DNA of 27,820 nt, taken from IMG/VR virus record IMGVR_UViG_3300005512_000262, positions 1 through 27,820 of that record; one strand, written 5' to 3'. Positions 25,442 through 27,820 of the stretch are shown in pieces. The notes beneath the pieces were generated by a model, which did not search any database, was not told where the DNA came from, and saw only the letters and a list, made by a program, of their open reading frames with translations. Made by a program: the position numbers and the translations under genes. Each line of letters begins with the position of its first letter. The first letter of the stretch is position 1. The DNA comes from a virus (Duplodnaviria; Caudoviricetes).

Positions 25442-27165
25442 TGTTGCATCCAAATGACATACAAGGTGCAGAACTGTGTTTTCTGTTGGATGTTGATTGG
25501 TTGGGTAAGACATACCGCTTCAGCACTGTACCCATTGACATCACAGACACAAACACTGGTGAACTGTACAGATACAATGGTGGTCTTGGAAATCCAACGA
25601 TTGACCAACAGACAGACTTTGTTGGATTCGATATAGATGGCTCCAGCATTGCAATGGAATTGACTTTCAATGATGTCAACTGGATTGCAGAATGGTTGCA
25701 TGGTCGAAGTTTGGAACTTGCAGCTGCAGAACTATCAATGATTATAGTTGATGAGTACAATGGTCATACATCATTCAAGTATTCAGACAGAGTTCCATTG
25801 TTTCTTGGAAAGGTGAAGGACCCAATCATTGGAACACCAACAAGACCCGCTGGGCATATTATGTTCAGCATTGAGAACAGCACCAATGTTAAAGCAATCA
25901 AGATGTTGGACAACAGTTTTGAGATTGACCCATATGTGTTTCCAGGCCTTGACCAACGTGCAGCGACCCTTGGCAGGGTCATTGAAACACCAATTGGTCA
26001 ATATGTCCCATTTGTCTTTGGTGCATTGGGTGAGTGGTATATTAGAAAGAGTGGGTCAGGTCGGTTTCAAATACTAGCAGACCAAGACAGTGCAAGATGT
26101 TCACCCAGTTACATCATCAATGCAACTGGCACTGGTGGTTCATTGCGCATTGAACTGATTATTGCAATGGGTACAGTCACAGCACCAAGAATCAGAATAT
26201 GGGACCAAGATGGTGGTAACTTTGTAAACTATGTATACACAGATACAAATGCAGATGGAACACAGTATTCATACACTTGGTATGAACTTGGACATGTGAT
26301 TGAAGATAACAGTTTTATTCCTGGACTGGATGAAGACCAAACCTTTTGGGTTTCATGGGCTGAGTTTGGCGAAGGCATCCAAGACCCATTGACTGGACAG
26401 AGTCTTGGACCTGCAGGCAATATGTCTTTGTATTGTCTTGAACAGATTGGTCTTGAATATGACAAGGCAGCATGGGTTGGATTGGTCCCAGTTCTAAACA
26501 GATACAAGTTTGCTGGTTATATCAATGACCCAAGCATTCTTGTATTTGATTGGTTCAAACAGAACATTGTTGCCAATCTTCCAATTGAAGTCTTCAATGG
26601 TCCCAATGGACTGACACCAAGACTGAATCTGTACTTCACCCAAGACACCATTCCTGCAAATCACTACATTCTGGAATCTGGAATGTTTGAAGTCCAAACA
26701 GGTCTGCAACCTTTGGAAGTTCAGCCAGTCAACAAAGTGACAGTCAAGTATGGGTTCACTGGTCGGTTAGAACATTATTTGTCCACAGTCATCATTGACC
26801 CAACATACAATGGAAATGACAATGCCTTCATTCAAAGGGACCCAGTTAGCGATATGTCTTTTTCCAGATTTGGATTGTTGGAAACTGTGATTGAACTGCC
26901 ATTTGTTTGGGAAATGCACACTGCATACAGGATTGCCCGCGATAGAATCAGAATGTCTGCCCTAGGTGCTTACGGTATCGAAGTATCAGCATTTCCACAG
27001 TTCGGATTCTTGGAAGTGGGTGAAATCATTGCATTGACTAGTCACAACTTAGGACTGGATGAACATAAATGTCAGATTGTTGGGAAGTCGTGGAGTGGTG
27101 GAAAGTGGAACTTTGTACTGCAATTAGAAGACAATACACTGGTCAACCCATCTACAGTTTCGTAA
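25438..27165 (+). CDS. Tail tip/baseplate hub protein
   Basis: 575 aa; PFVFG motif and a C-terminal LEVGEIIALT...CQIVGK OB-like signature. The start may be ATG 25441. Confidence 0.65.
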   Translation: MMLHPNDIQGAELCFLLDVDWLGKTYRFSTVPIDITDTNTGELYRYNGGLGNPTIDQQTDFVGFDIDGSSIAMELTFNDVNWIAEWLHGRSLELAAAELSMIIVDEYNGHTSFKYSDRVPLFLGKVKDPIIGTPTRPAGHIMFSIENSTNVKAIKMLDNSFEIDPYVFPGLDQRAATLGRVIETPIGQYVPFVFGALGEWYIRKSGSGRFQILADQDSARCSPSYIINATGTGGSLRIELIIAMGTVTAPRIRIWDQDGGNFVNYVYTDTNADGTQYSYTWYELGHVIEDNSFIPGLDEDQTFWVSWAEFGEGIQDPLTGQSLGPAGNMSLYCLEQIGLEYDKAAWVGLVPVLNRYKFAGYINDPSILVFDWFKQNIVANLPIEVFNGPNGLTPRLNLYFTQDTIPANHYILESGMFEVQTGLQPLEVQPVNKVTVKYGFTGRLEHYLSTVIIDPTYNGNDNAFIQRDPVSDMSFSRFGLLETVIELPFVWEMHTAYRIARDRIRMSALGAYGIEVSAFPQFGFLEVGEIIALTSHNLGLDEHKCQIVGKSWSGGKWNFVLQLEDNTLVNPSTVS

Positions 27166-27195
27166 ATACAACTAAATACATGATAGAGTACACCC

Positions 27196-27786
27196 ATGAT
27201 AGTTTTCATAGACAGACAGCATGCTGGACAAGCACACAGAATAAATGCCCGCGGTGCATCGGTGGACATCAATGGTGATGGAAAGATTACCAAAGATGAA
27301 CAAGAAGCGCACTGGACTGGGTATATCAGTTTAATGCTGGAAATGCAGTTGCTGAAGATGGGTTACAAGGTGATCCCAATCAGTGATGGGAAGTATTCAG
27401 AAAGACATGCCAGGGTCAATGAATATGCAAGCATGTTCAATGAACCAACTGTGTATTTGGCCATGCACTTGAATGCTGGTGGTGGCCATTATGGTTCAAT
27501 GTTTTATGACCATCGAAGCAGCACAGGCAAACAGCTGGCTGAATCAATCTGCAATGGTTTGAAAACATCAATCAAAAGCATACGAGAATTCAAGGCCATT
27601 GACTGTAAACCAGAGGGATGGACAAAGAACGCTTTCTACACAATCAAAGGAGTTGCAAAGCCAGTTGCCATTTGTTGTGAACCGATTTTTATGGATACAC
27701 ATATAGACTTGTTGAATGCTTTTGGTGCATCTCAGATTGCTTTGGGAATGGCTGCAGGACTTCAGAAGTGGGAGAAGAACCGATGA
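27196..27786 (+). CDS. N-acetylmuramoyl-L-alanine amidase endolysin (Amidase_3 family)
   Basis: Zn ligands and catalytic residue in order: IDRQH, QEAH, MHLNA, CEPIFMD; also YSERHARVN. Confidence 0.9.
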   Translation: MIVFIDRQHAGQAHRINARGASVDINGDGKITKDEQEAHWTGYISLMLEMQLLKMGYKVIPISDGKYSERHARVNEYASMFNEPTVYLAMHLNAGGGHYGSMFYDHRSSTGKQLAESICNGLKTSIKSIREFKAIDCKPEGWTKNAFYTIKGVAKPVAICCEPIFMDTHIDLLNAFGASQIALGMAAGLQKWEKNR

Positions 27787-27820
27787 CTGAACAACTGATG
27801 ATTGAAGTATTGACTGGCCC
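27698..27820. repeat. Terminal direct repeat, right copy
   Basis: Identical to 1-123. Confidence 0.97.

Noticed and set aside
1-27820. Alternative genetic code or stop-codon recoding
   Set aside because: Core genes are full length in the standard code and are tightly coupled through TGA and TAA stops.

Overview
The window is an apparently complete, circularly permuted genome of a tailed dsDNA phage (27,697 bp unique; bases 1-123 repeat exactly at 27698-27820). The tape measure gene, tail tube gene and absence of a sheath gene point to a siphovirus. Gene order: holin; a leftward nuclease-like gene; small early genes and XRE-HTH genes; RusA, primase-polymerase, VirE-type helicase and an iteron-like origin; terS, DNA methyltransferase, two more HTH genes, terL; portal, scaffold, repeat fibre protein, major capsid; neck, tail tube, frameshifted tail chaperone, tape measure, two large tail-tip proteins; amidase endolysin. 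I recognised no integrase, tRNA, CRISPR array or reverse transcriptase. The most interesting signal is a possible RNA-level control layer. At least seven genes share the extended RBS GAGGTAC, and two terminator-bounded non-coding RNAs carry anti-RBS sequence. One of these, a ~80 nt candidate sRNA after the helicase gene, has its own promoter and pairs extensively with the helicase 5' leader. Other points of note are an EF-hand loop inside the endolysin catalytic domain, leaderless-type promoters, a Cys-rich dual-coded segment and strong GATC avoidance. All product calls rest on motif recognition and synteny by eye, with no database searches.
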